Positions 34,447-43,385 of a stretch of 64,000 nucleotides of DNA are shown piece by piece. The notes beneath the pieces are model-generated. The model was not told the DNA's origin, made no database searches, and saw only the letters and a program-made list of their open reading frames with translations. The stretch lies in the IMG/VR virus record IMGVR_UViG_3300037963_004868; one strand, written 5' to 3'. Origin of the DNA: an uncultured virus (IMG/VR IMGVR_UViG_3300037963_004868). Its lineage: Duplodnaviria; Heunggongvirae; Uroviricota; Caudoviricetes. The position numbers and the translations under genes are program-made. Position 1 is the stretch's first letter. Each line of letters starts with the position of its first letter.

Positions 34447-37257
34447 TCAACATCTCCAACGTTTACGTGCTTTACAGATTTTTTTATCTGGGGTTTTGGT
34501 ACAATCGATATTATGCATATCTTTTTGACCCTTAGATCGGGAGCAGAAAGACTTACGTCTCTTTGCATCTTTGCTTCCTTTCTTGACTTTACCAGTTACC
34601 GCAGTTTTGAGTTTGGAACCTGGATTTTCGCGCTTGTAAGCATCAACAGATTTTTGACTCATACCATCAACACCGTCTTTGCGGTTTGACTTCTGCCAGT
34701 CCTCTTTCATTGCAATTGCTTTTTTAATCGCCTTATCTCTAGAACCTTTATACTCTTCTTCACCAGTTTCAATTTTACCATCACCATCATAATCTTTTTT
34801 TGCTTTCTTCTCTTGGAGACTCACATCTGCTCTCCAATCAGAAACTTGCTCTTTGGGAACACAATTAGGAACCATACGGTTGCCTTTCTTCTTCATCCCC
34901 TTCATTTCGTGAGTATCCCAACAAGGATCCTTCTTTTCATCAAGTTCTACTTCTTCCTTTCTGGTTTTTTTCTTTTTAACACAGTTTGGATATCTTTTAC
35001 CAAACATTGTTTTCATACCTTTCTTTTCATAACCTTTCCAACACTTCTCATTGATATTTTCCTCAGAAATACCTGCTTTTCTAAGTCTCTTTGCTTGACT
35101 CTTATGCATTTCAACTGCTTTATCTAATTCCTTAGCGATACCCTTTACATCTGCTGGTATATCTTTTTTTTCACCAAGCATATCACTTCCAAGACCTTGA
35201 GTGGGTTGAAGTGATTTTGGTTTGATGATATCAACAGATTCTATTTCAGTTGCGTGGAAATCATCTCTCCAATTTGAATAGTTATAATCTTCTTTATTGA
35301 ATGCTTTTTTAATTGCACCAACAACAAAGGGTGCTGCTAAAGTTGCTGCACCTATTGCAAGACCCAATTTTCCACGACCACGAACTCTACCACTCATACC
35401 ACGAGAACCTGGTGGTTTGAATTTAGGGTCTAATTTGAAATCTGGAGTAACTCCAGTTCCTGGTCTATATCTACCTTGACCCGAAGCGGCGCGTTTCGCT
35501 GCCTCTGTCCCTCCCTGAACATCTGCTCTAGTAACAGTTTGTCTTCTTTGATAACTTACACGATCACTACCACCTCTTTGATAGGTTGTGCGACCTTCAC
35601 CACCACCTCTTTTATAAGTTTCGGTAGTTTTTGGTATATTAGGAAGTTGTGCACCTTTTCCTTGAGGTTTTGGAGTAGCACTCTTCATTTTTGCGAGAGT
35701 TTCTCTAATCTTATCTTCTGCACCCTTATTTGCCTTAATAAGGTCCTCTATCTGCGATGCAGTCATTCCTTTGAGTTTATCCTCAAGACCTTCAAGAAGC
35801 ATATCTTCTCTCCAGTTAGAGAAACTTTCTTTCTTAGTCTTATTGCCCCAGTTAGCAGCACCAACCTTACGACATTTTACGAGAGCACCTGAAGCATAAG
35901 CAGAAGGCCACACAGAATAACGAGACTTGACCTTATGATAACAAGCATCTTTCTTACCCTCATCAAGGTCTTGTCTCCAGTCTGAATAAGATTCTTGAGT
36001 CACGTTTTTTGCTCTCCCTTTTCTATTTGGATTTGGATCTTCTTTGCGTTTTTTGCGTGCTCTCTTATTTCTCTCCTCTTTACTCATTGCTGCACGATCA
36101 TCAGCGTCACGACAGTAGGGTTTAGTCTTCTGTCCAGGTTGTTTTGCACAAGGTTTTCCGTCGTACTTACCACCAGTCTGTTTCCAACCACCACCCCTGA
36201 ACCAGTCGCGGAGAGAATACCCTTTGTCTTTTGAAGACTTACCATCACGCTTTTCAGCAATGACTTCTTCATCCATCTTATCAACATAACCAGCAGCAGC
36301 ATCAGTGTCGTGTGCAGTATCAGTAATCTTTGCTTGCATCCAGGCAGGAATATCTTTTTCCTTTTTGCCTAATGCTTTTCTCAACTTTGCAATATTTCTA
36401 GCAGATTTTTTAAGTTGACTTTGTGCCATAGCGACCTCATGATCACCACCTTTTGCTTCGTTCATTTGCTTAGTTTTCTTCTTCATTGAATTAATGAACT
36501 TTCTGAATACTGCTGCTTCAGAGGTTTTGCCCATAACTCTTGCTCTTTGTTCCATAGCAATTGCTGCTTGAATTTTATGAGCATGAGAACGACTTGATTT
36601 TTTGATTTTTGCAACGCTTGCTTTTGCAGTTGCTACATCTTTAAATCCTAAACCATGAATAGTTCCCTTTGGATTTTCATCAGTATAAAGATCAGAGTGC
36701 TTCTTAGAATTAGCGGGTTGTCCCTCTTTTCTAGAAATACGAGGATTTGACTCCTCTTTCACTTCTTTCTTTTCTGGCAATCCTTTATGTTTAGTAGATG
36801 CAAATTTCTTTACATCGGACTTTTTCATATCCTTCGCTGCTTTTGCAGTTTCGGGAGTTGTAGGTTTTATTTCACCTTTTTGGATAGCACGAACGATACC
36901 AAAGAATTTTTGCTGTTTTTTAGAAACTGCTTCTTCGCTTACTTTCTTTCTACCCCGACAGTGTGCTCGCTGAGAGAATCCTTTTGGATTATCGCAATCG
37001 ATTGACTTTTTGTATTTTGCACTCCACGCCTCTGATACTCCTCCGCCATTAGAGCCCCCATCAGACTCCCCATTCCCATTTCCATTGCCATTTGCACCAT
37101 TTCCATTGCCATTTTTTTTCTTTTCAGTATCTTCAGACTTTTCTTCTTCTTTACGAAGCCATCCGCCTCCGCCAATATAATATCCCATAGGAATTCTCTT
37201 ACACTTCTTAGAAGAGTAACAGTAGTAATATCCTTTTTTACAGGATTTTTTTGCCAT
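34447..37257 (-). CDS. 936-aa Lys-rich modular protein between terminase genes
   Basis: Mosaic of short basic modules with internal repeats (CW...PNCV x2; SxWRxD x4); coupled to gp16 stop. Confidence 0.85.
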   Translation of the reverse strand: MAKKSCKKGYYYCYSSKKCKRIPMGYYIGGGGWLRKEEEKSEDTEKKKNGNGNGANGNGNGNGESDGGSNGGGVSEAWSAKYKKSIDCDNPKGFSQRAHCRGRKKVSEEAVSKKQQKFFGIVRAIQKGEIKPTTPETAKAAKDMKKSDVKKFASTKHKGLPEKKEVKEESNPRISRKEGQPANSKKHSDLYTDENPKGTIHGLGFKDVATAKASVAKIKKSSRSHAHKIQAAIAMEQRARVMGKTSEAAVFRKFINSMKKKTKQMNEAKGGDHEVAMAQSQLKKSARNIAKLRKALGKKEKDIPAWMQAKITDTAHDTDAAAGYVDKMDEEVIAEKRDGKSSKDKGYSLRDWFRGGGWKQTGGKYDGKPCAKQPGQKTKPYCRDADDRAAMSKEERNKRARKKRKEDPNPNRKGRAKNVTQESYSDWRQDLDEGKKDACYHKVKSRYSVWPSAYASGALVKCRKVGAANWGNKTKKESFSNWREDMLLEGLEDKLKGMTASQIEDLIKANKGAEDKIRETLAKMKSATPKPQGKGAQLPNIPKTTETYKRGGGEGRTTYQRGGSDRVSYQRRQTVTRADVQGGTEAAKRAASGQGRYRPGTGVTPDFKLDPKFKPPGSRGMSGRVRGRGKLGLAIGAATLAAPFVVGAIKKAFNKEDYNYSNWRDDFHATEIESVDIIKPKSLQPTQGLGSDMLGEKKDIPADVKGIAKELDKAVEMHKSQAKRLRKAGISEENINEKCWKGYEKKGMKTMFGKRYPNCVKKKKTRKEEVELDEKKDPCWDTHEMKGMKKKGNRMVPNCVPKEQVSDWRADVSLQEKKAKKDYDGDGKIETGEEEYKGSRDKAIKKAIAMKEDWQKSNRKDGVDGMSQKSVDAYKRENPGSKLKTAVTGKVKKGSKDAKRRKSFCSRSKGQKDMHNIDCTKTPDKKICKARKRWRC
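37068..37113. repeat. Degenerate hexamer repeat encoding (Asn-Gly)n
   Basis: ccatt-based units; NGNGNGANGNGNGNG. Confidence 0.85.
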
Positions 37258-37688
37258 TATTTGGAATCGGACTCATTATTATTTAGAAAACCTTGTTTCA
37301 GCAGTTTTGATAATTCTGAAGTTGAACCAACAAATAAAGCATTATTTGTAACGTTACTTGGTCCTTTATTAGAATTATCTTCTTCTAAATCTTTCAATTT
37401 CTTTTGAAGATCTGCTAATTTATCTGTAGTATCAGCAACACTCTTAATCAACTGTCCAGCAACTTCGTATGCTCTTGGACTTGCACTTTCACCTGCAAGT
37501 TCCATGATTCCATTAATTGCTTCTTGACCTTTTTCAATTAAAGAGTATAAGTTTGCACGAGTATATTCATAATCTTTTGTAATATCATTCTTATCCACTT
37601 TTGGTGGAATTGGTTTTATTGGTTTTGATTCAACAATGCTACTTTCAACATCAAGTGCTTTGTCAATGGACTCATAACTATCTTTCAT
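37257..37688 (-). CDS. gp16: Terminase small subunit
   Basis: DYEYTRANL, SPRAYEVAGQLIK, NNALFVGSTSEL. Confidence 0.93.
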   Translation of the reverse strand: MKDSYESIDKALDVESSIVESKPIKPIPPKVDKNDITKDYEYTRANLYSLIEKGQEAINGIMELAGESASPRAYEVAGQLIKSVADTTDKLADLQKKLKDLEEDNSNKGPSNVTNNALFVGSTSELSKLLKQGFLNNNESDSK

Positions 37689-37693
37689 GATTA

Positions 37694-38539
37694 TTAAATA
37701 TCAGTTTGACGAGTTGGACTATAAGTTTTACCATCTCCTAAGAATTCCCATTCTTCATCAAATCCAAAATTATCGCCTGGCATGAGTAATGGTTTATCTG
37801 CTGCATCAATAACACCGTCATTATTCTTATCAACCTTTGCAATAGGTTCGACTGTATATCTCATTTCACGTTTAGCAGTTGCTCTGTTAGTATCAGCATA
37901 CATATCAACCTGAACCTTACGAATAAGACCGTCACTGCTATCTGCGATAGGACCAAATAGATATGTTTTTGCAGTAAAATTCAATGTATGAATTAATGCT
38001 CTTCTGGTATCAAAAGAACCTTCATAATCATCTTGAAAACTTACAGACTCTAAGATAATCGGAATATCTCTTTTTTCTCCAATTGATTCTACTAAGTCTA
38101 TAGTAAGATTAAAATGTGGTTGAAAAACAGGTAATATTTGCTCTAAAATTTGAAGAGAGTCATCGTTCAATTTAGAAAGAATATTCAGTTGAAATCCAAT
38201 ATTATATGGAACAGGCATGAAAACTTTTTTTACCTTACTCCCATCATCACAAGTTTTAAATGTTTGTACCAGACTTGATTTTCTAGTAGAATCATATGCA
38301 ATAGATGTCATTTCAAATGACATTCTTGGCAAATTAATTTGAACTGCTTTATTTAATTCTGCCTGCTGCTCTAATCTTGCTAAAAACTTCTGAACTGGGC
38401 CATATGCGAGAGGAACTTTTAAGTCACTAATATCATTGCCACTTTTGTCCTGGTGACGTACATGAATATCGTTAAATAATGTTCCGAAAGATATAATTGT
38501 CTTTCTAACAATTTCGTGATAGTAATAAGTTCCTAACAT
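37694..38539 (-). CDS. gp15: Tail sheath stabilizer/terminator
   Basis: FGTLFNDI, VPLAYGP, LPRMSFE, QILEQILP. Confidence 0.94.
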   Translation of the reverse strand: MLGTYYYHEIVRKTIISFGTLFNDIHVRHQDKSGNDISDLKVPLAYGPVQKFLARLEQQAELNKAVQINLPRMSFEMTSIAYDSTRKSSLVQTFKTCDDGSKVKKVFMPVPYNIGFQLNILSKLNDDSLQILEQILPVFQPHFNLTIDLVESIGEKRDIPIILESVSFQDDYEGSFDTRRALIHTLNFTAKTYLFGPIADSSDGLIRKVQVDMYADTNRATAKREMRYTVEPIAKVDKNNDGVIDAADKPLLMPGDNFGFDEEWEFLGDGKTYSPTRQTDI

Positions 38540-39969
38540 TAGAATGTTCCAAAGGGATTAGATTCACTGAAGTCTAAGATATCATCTGCTTCAGATTCAA
38601 AGATATCATTTTCAGTATACTCATTGTATATATCATCTTGACTAAATGACTGTATTAAATATTTTGCTCCAGATTCTTTTCCTCTAATAATTTCTCCTGG
38701 AAAAAATCCAAGTTGAGTGGAACCAATACTGACATTGGATACTTTAAGTATGTTTGTATCCTGATCCCATTCTTTAACTCTCGCCTCAGTCTTAGATCTT
38801 TCTCCAATAATAATTTCATTAAAAATATATGTTCCAATACCACTAATTGATTCTGGAGCCGAAATCGTAACTATTGGAGATGGAAATACTTGACTGTATC
38901 CTTTACCTGGATTACTGACATAAATTAATTTTAATACATTATCCCCAAAAGAATTCAAACCAATAGATGCAATACCAACAGCACCAGTTCCACTACCTCC
39001 AGTAGTTATTGTAACTGTAGGTGCTGTACCATATCCAACACCTCCGTCTACAATATTATACTTAATTATACCTATAGCATCAGTTACAATATTACAAGTT
39101 GCCGCAGCACCAGTTCCACCACCTCCAGTAATTGTAATTGTAGGTGCAACAGTATATCCAGCGCCAGCATTGATGAGTAAAATCTTTTCAAGAGATGTGA
39201 CACCACCTCTGGTGGTTAAGAAACCAACTGCTTCAGCATTATCTCCAACTTCACCAGTTGGAGATGAAGTAATTTCTATATTTGGTAAAGAGGTATATCC
39301 AGAACCATCATTATTTAAGAATATTTCTTCAATATATCCACCAGTTACTGATCCATTTAAGACGGGGGATGCAGAAGCAGTTCTTCCAACACCAATCAAT
39401 TTAAGGGTAGAAATAATACCCTCCTCCTGAACTTGAGTATCAATTTCTGTAATGGATGTATCGATAACTTCATCTTCATATTCAAAGAGTTCACACTTCA
39501 ATTGATAAACATAGTTCTTTCCTAATTGAAAGAAAGGATCTTCATGCTCTACAAATTTTACTTCAAATAATCTTTGTCCTAAGGGAAAATAAACTAAATC
39601 ACCTTCTCTAGGTCTTGTTGCTGTTAATAATTCACCATCATCAACACTTGACATGAATGTAGCAATGAAATCTTCAAATCTTTCTTTTGAAATTGTTATT
39701 ATTAACTCATCTCTTATACTTACACCAAATTTTGTTAAAATATCTCCTGCACCACCATATCCATCATATGTATTAAGATAAGCTTCGATTGCAAAATTAT
39801 CATCAAATTTAGATGACTGAACCTCTTCAATAATATTTTTTTTATTTACAAATTTTCTTGGAATATATGTTATTTCTACACCATGAAATCTCAGGTGTTC
39901 ATTGATTATATCCTGAACAAGTCTTTGCTCAGACTGTGTACCTTGAAGAAAAAAGGGATTAAGAGCCAT
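38539..39969 (-). CDS. gp14: Neck protein with Gly-rich repeat insertion
   Basis: YIPR, RPREGDLVYFP, FEVKFVEHEDPFFQLG, FSESNPFG. Confidence 0.93.
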   Translation of the reverse strand: MALNPFFLQGTQSEQRLVQDIINEHLRFHGVEITYIPRKFVNKKNIIEEVQSSKFDDNFAIEAYLNTYDGYGGAGDILTKFGVSIRDELIITISKERFEDFIATFMSSVDDGELLTATRPREGDLVYFPLGQRLFEVKFVEHEDPFFQLGKNYVYQLKCELFEYEDEVIDTSITEIDTQVQEEGIISTLKLIGVGRTASASPVLNGSVTGGYIEEIFLNNDGSGYTSLPNIEITSSPTGEVGDNAEAVGFLTTRGGVTSLEKILLINAGAGYTVAPTITITGGGGTGAAATCNIVTDAIGIIKYNIVDGGVGYGTAPTVTITTGGSGTGAVGIASIGLNSFGDNVLKLIYVSNPGKGYSQVFPSPIVTISAPESISGIGTYIFNEIIIGERSKTEARVKEWDQDTNILKVSNVSIGSTQLGFFPGEIIRGKESGAKYLIQSFSQDDIYNEYTENDIFESEADDILDFSESNPFGTF

Positions 39970-40814
39970 TATCCAATAAAGTCTAAGGGTGGTAATTCAT
40001 ATTCAGACATCATTCTTGATTTGATATCCGATAGTTCGGATTCTGCTTGCTGAAGGATTTCTCCCCCATTTAGTTCAATTCCACCAGGAAGTTTTACTCC
40101 TCTAAATTTACTCAAATTCCTTCCCCACTGTCTCTTGATGAGTGCAGTAAGATATTGTTTCATCCAACTATCATTATAAATTTGAGTAAATGAATCAGGA
40201 TCTAATGCTCTATAGCATTCTAATACCATAAACTCCCCTACTTCTTGAGATCCCCAATCAATATCGAGATATAATCTATCTTGTCTTTTATTGAATCTAA
40301 TCTGTTTATCTGGGGTCAATAAGAAATCAATATCTTCAAGATAAGTCTTCGTCATTGCATATTGCAAGAGTTCAACTGAATTGAAATAATATAAATCGTT
40401 TAAGAAAAGTTGATATTTAATACTAAACATTCCTCCAGAAATGCTATTAGTATCAAATTTAAAAATTCTTTCAATACCGATAACAGAATCTGGTACTTGA
40501 ATGAAGTTTGATGTTTCGTAAAAATTTGATGTTGTTGTACCATATCCACTGATAGATGTGGATGTGGCAGTGGTAGTTACAATACCAACACCAGTGGTAC
40601 CTTTTGCCTGACCACGATCGACATCATCTTGTGTTATTTGATATTTCAAATACATTTTCTCAACGCCGTCATAATGACGTTCATTGAAATATTGAATGGC
40701 ATCATCAACTAAATCATCAATCTGGTCATCATCCACGTTAATTTCTAAAACGGGAGCACCGAGTTGACGTAAGCAATAGTCAATTAAACCTTGTCTAGTT
40801 GATGGTTTTGCCAT
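39969..40814 (-). CDS. gp13: Neck protein
   Basis: LGAPVLEINV, ALIKRQWGRNLSKF, LPGGIELNG. Confidence 0.95.
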   Translation of the reverse strand: MAKPSTRQGLIDYCLRQLGAPVLEINVDDDQIDDLVDDAIQYFNERHYDGVEKMYLKYQITQDDVDRGQAKGTTGVGIVTTTATSTSISGYGTTTSNFYETSNFIQVPDSVIGIERIFKFDTNSISGGMFSIKYQLFLNDLYYFNSVELLQYAMTKTYLEDIDFLLTPDKQIRFNKRQDRLYLDIDWGSQEVGEFMVLECYRALDPDSFTQIYNDSWMKQYLTALIKRQWGRNLSKFRGVKLPGGIELNGGEILQQAESELSDIKSRMMSEYELPPLDFIG

Positions 40815-40815
40815 A

Positions 40816-41007
40816 TTACTCCTGTACTTCTAATTTTGATTTTAATTGTGCATTTTCTTGTTTCAATTCCTCATATTTTTGATGAAAGTCTTGAGATAAA
40901 GTAGTAAGTTTTGCTTCAAGAAGAACATTTTGATTTGTTAATACTGCTAATTTTGAATTATAAAGTTTAACAAGAACATTTATATCCACTTCACCTTGAT
41001 TGTCCAT
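40816..41007 (-). CDS. Small coiled-coil protein (likely start MDNQGE)
   Basis: Heptad pattern LTNQNVLLEAKL; directly before gp13. Confidence 0.65.
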   Translation of the reverse strand: MDNQGEVDINVLVKLYNSKLAVLTNQNVLLEAKLTTLSQDFHQKYEELKQENAQLKSKLEVQE

Positions 41008-41011
41008 AGTA

Positions 41012-42721
41012 TTAAAAAATGCCTCCATCGAAACTATCAGTCCATTGTGGTCTATCAGTATATATTACACCAACACTATCGGGAGATAATGATAGGTTAG
41101 ATATAGACCCATTTGAACCCTCCATTCTTAAATTATTTGATGTGTTAAATGTACCTTCAACACCAATAAGTGGAATTTCTGTACTATTATTTACATTACT
41201 TTCAACCACTCCATAAGCATCCGAAGTATCTTGCTTAACAATATCACCTTTTGTTAAAGTAACATTACTGGGGAGATTGAGAATTCTCTTTGTTACTGCA
41301 GTCATTATCTGTTTTGAAGCATTTAGAGGTGATGATGGAGAACCTGTCGAGGTTTGTAAACCATCAACATCAAAATAAACCAATCCATTATGATTAAAAT
41401 CACCGTTTTGATAGTAGATACCTTTTATGTCTAAGTATCCTCGTGTTCCACTTACAAGACTATTTGAAACAGTAGCATCTGGAATATAAGTCCAAGATCG
41501 ATTTGTTGCTGCACTTCCGACATTTCCTTGATCGATATACCCAAAGAAACCTGTTTTATTGCCAGAAGTTCCACTACCAATGCCATCATTATACGCAAAC
41601 GAAATACCTCTGTCAGTATCAGTATCATATGCGTGAGTGATAGTTAATTCAGTTGTAGTTGCGATACCAGAAATAGTGGCATCAGTCAAGGTAACAATTT
41701 TATTTGTAGTGTCATATGATAATACTGTGTTTGCAGCACCTACATTTAGACCTGCATTACCAGATACAATATCGCCAGTATTGATACCAACAATAGAATC
41801 TAATCTAATGGTGCTAACACCAGAAACAACCGTTGTCATTACGGTTTTTTTGGTAGTTAAATCCCCAATATGAAAAATTGGATTATTTAGTGTTGAAGTA
41901 GTAGAATTAACTGATGTTGTTGTGCCATCAACTTGAAGACTACCTTTAATAATAACTGTGCCCTCACTACTTAATCCGTCGGGATGTGGATCTAAGTATA
42001 AAATATTACTACTACCAGATAATGAAGATATAATATTGTCTTGAATTTTAATACTATCAATGATAGCGGCACCTTCAAGATTGAGGCTTCCTTCAACATC
42101 AAGTTGTCCTCCAATATTGAGATTTTTCTCAATACCAACACCACCCTCAACAATTAGAGCACCAGTGTCTTTAGAATTAGATTCTGTTGCAACATTAATT
42201 CTTATGTCGGCACCAGTAAAAGATAACTGATTAAGACCATCTTCATCATATTCAATTTTTGCATCCTTATCATTACCAAATGATAAAAAAGTATCATCTG
42301 GAATATGAACTTCACCAGAACCATTGGGAACAAGATCAATATCACCATCAGTGTCTGTTGATGAAATTATATTTCCATCAATTCTAATATTATCTACGTT
42401 CCACTGATCAACTTTAAGTGACTCGACTCCACTCAAACCAGTATTTGTTGCTGGAGCAAGAACAGCAACAACACCCTTATCTGAATTTCTTGTATTTTCA
42501 ACACCCTGAATGGAACCTGGGGTATGTTCCATCATTGAGGTGTAATAATATCCACCTATTGGATTTACATTATTGCCATCATCTCCCAAAAAAATTCTAT
42601 CTTTGTATTGATTTGTTCCCCCGTAACTACCAATACCAGTTACATATCCGTATTCACCCCACTGCAAACTTGATGGTTTAGATGTACCTAAGGATCTTTT
42701 GATCCTAATAATACTTGCCAT
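41012..42721 (-). CDS. Virion structural/fibre-like protein
   Basis: IRIKRS N-terminus, GALIVEGGVGIEKNLNIGG beta-repeat, DGGIF C-terminus. Confidence 0.75.
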   Translation of the reverse strand: MASIIRIKRSLGTSKPSSLQWGEYGYVTGIGSYGGTNQYKDRIFLGDDGNNVNPIGGYYYTSMMEHTPGSIQGVENTRNSDKGVVAVLAPATNTGLSGVESLKVDQWNVDNIRIDGNIISSTDTDGDIDLVPNGSGEVHIPDDTFLSFGNDKDAKIEYDEDGLNQLSFTGADIRINVATESNSKDTGALIVEGGVGIEKNLNIGGQLDVEGSLNLEGAAIIDSIKIQDNIISSLSGSSNILYLDPHPDGLSSEGTVIIKGSLQVDGTTTSVNSTTSTLNNPIFHIGDLTTKKTVMTTVVSGVSTIRLDSIVGINTGDIVSGNAGLNVGAANTVLSYDTTNKIVTLTDATISGIATTTELTITHAYDTDTDRGISFAYNDGIGSGTSGNKTGFFGYIDQGNVGSAATNRSWTYIPDATVSNSLVSGTRGYLDIKGIYYQNGDFNHNGLVYFDVDGLQTSTGSPSSPLNASKQIMTAVTKRILNLPSNVTLTKGDIVKQDTSDAYGVVESNVNNSTEIPLIGVEGTFNTSNNLRMEGSNGSISNLSLSPDSVGVIYTDRPQWTDSFDGGIF

Positions 42722-42722
42722 T

Positions 42723-42950
42723 TTAGAAGACTCCCCCGTTAATGTCTAAATTCTGCGTATCACCTGGGGTGAGTGCTAATGTCGCATCCCATTTTCCTGT
42801 GGCGCTATTATAGACGAGAACCATACCATTAGACAAATTCTGAATATTAACATCAGACAAATCGGCCAAAGATCCAGTATTAGCACCAGTAAATGAAGAG
42901 ATAATTTTTGTTGCTGGTTTTGCTCCCACTCTGACTTTAATGTCGGCCAT
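42723..42950 (-). CDS. Small structural/fibre-associated protein
   Basis: LADLSDVN...GMVLVYNSATGKW motif typical of fibre repeats; NGGVF C-terminus. Confidence 0.7.
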   Translation of the reverse strand: MADIKVRVGAKPATKIISSFTGANTGSLADLSDVNIQNLSNGMVLVYNSATGKWDATLALTPGDTQNLDINGGVF

Positions 42951-42976
42951 TTATGTACAGTTCTGGATTGTAGAAA

Positions 42977-42984
42977 TATTTATA
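42977..42984 (-). promoter_or_regulatory. Late promoter TATAAATA
   Basis: Exact consensus overlapping the stop of the 59-aa ORF. Confidence 0.75.
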
Positions 42985-43159
42985 TGCCTTCAAGTCCTAG
43001 TCCAGCAACTACTTCTTGTTGTTTCAAATAAAGTTTTGCATAAGATTTTGCAATATCTCTCATTACAGAAACACTATCACAACTATCCAATTCATTTGCT
43101 ATTTTTTGATATGCAAATTCCTTAGAAAGTGCTGTCAATTTAATTTCATTTGGATCCAT
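42980..43159 (-). CDS. 59-aa helix-loop-helix protein not in ORF track; NblA-like candidate
   Basis: Hand translation MDPNEIKLTALSKEFAYQKIANELDSCDSVSVMRDIAKSYAKLYLKQQEVVAGLGLEGI; GGAG SD upstream; overlaps upstream ORF. ORF well supported, function tentative. Confidence 0.7.
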   Translation of the reverse strand: MDPNEIKLTALSKEFAYQKIANELDSCDSVSVMRDIAKSYAKLYLKQQEVVAGLGLEGI

Positions 43160-43385
43160 TAGTAAGCTCCCTCAATAAAGATTTAATTTCTTCTATGTCC
43201 GACTTAATTGTATCAAGTTCATTCCTTTCATTCTGTTTCATTCGTTTCACTTTCATATAGTTATCATAATTATTTTTATCAGTATTAACAATAGAACCAG
43301 TATTCCTGTCTCGGTACAAGTTTTTATGTCCCTCAACAGGAATTAAATCTGGATATTCTGGGTGTGCCATATTATGCAAGTGCAA
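43146..43385 (-). CDS. Small conserved protein after the large structural gene
   Basis: IPVEGHKNLYRD...GSIVN, C-terminal coiled coil; ATG near 43370 is the likelier start. Confidence 0.75.
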   Translation of the reverse strand: MHLHNMAHPEYPDLIPVEGHKNLYRDRNTGSIVNTDKNNYDNYMKVKRMKQNERNELDTIKSDIEEIKSLLRELTNGSK

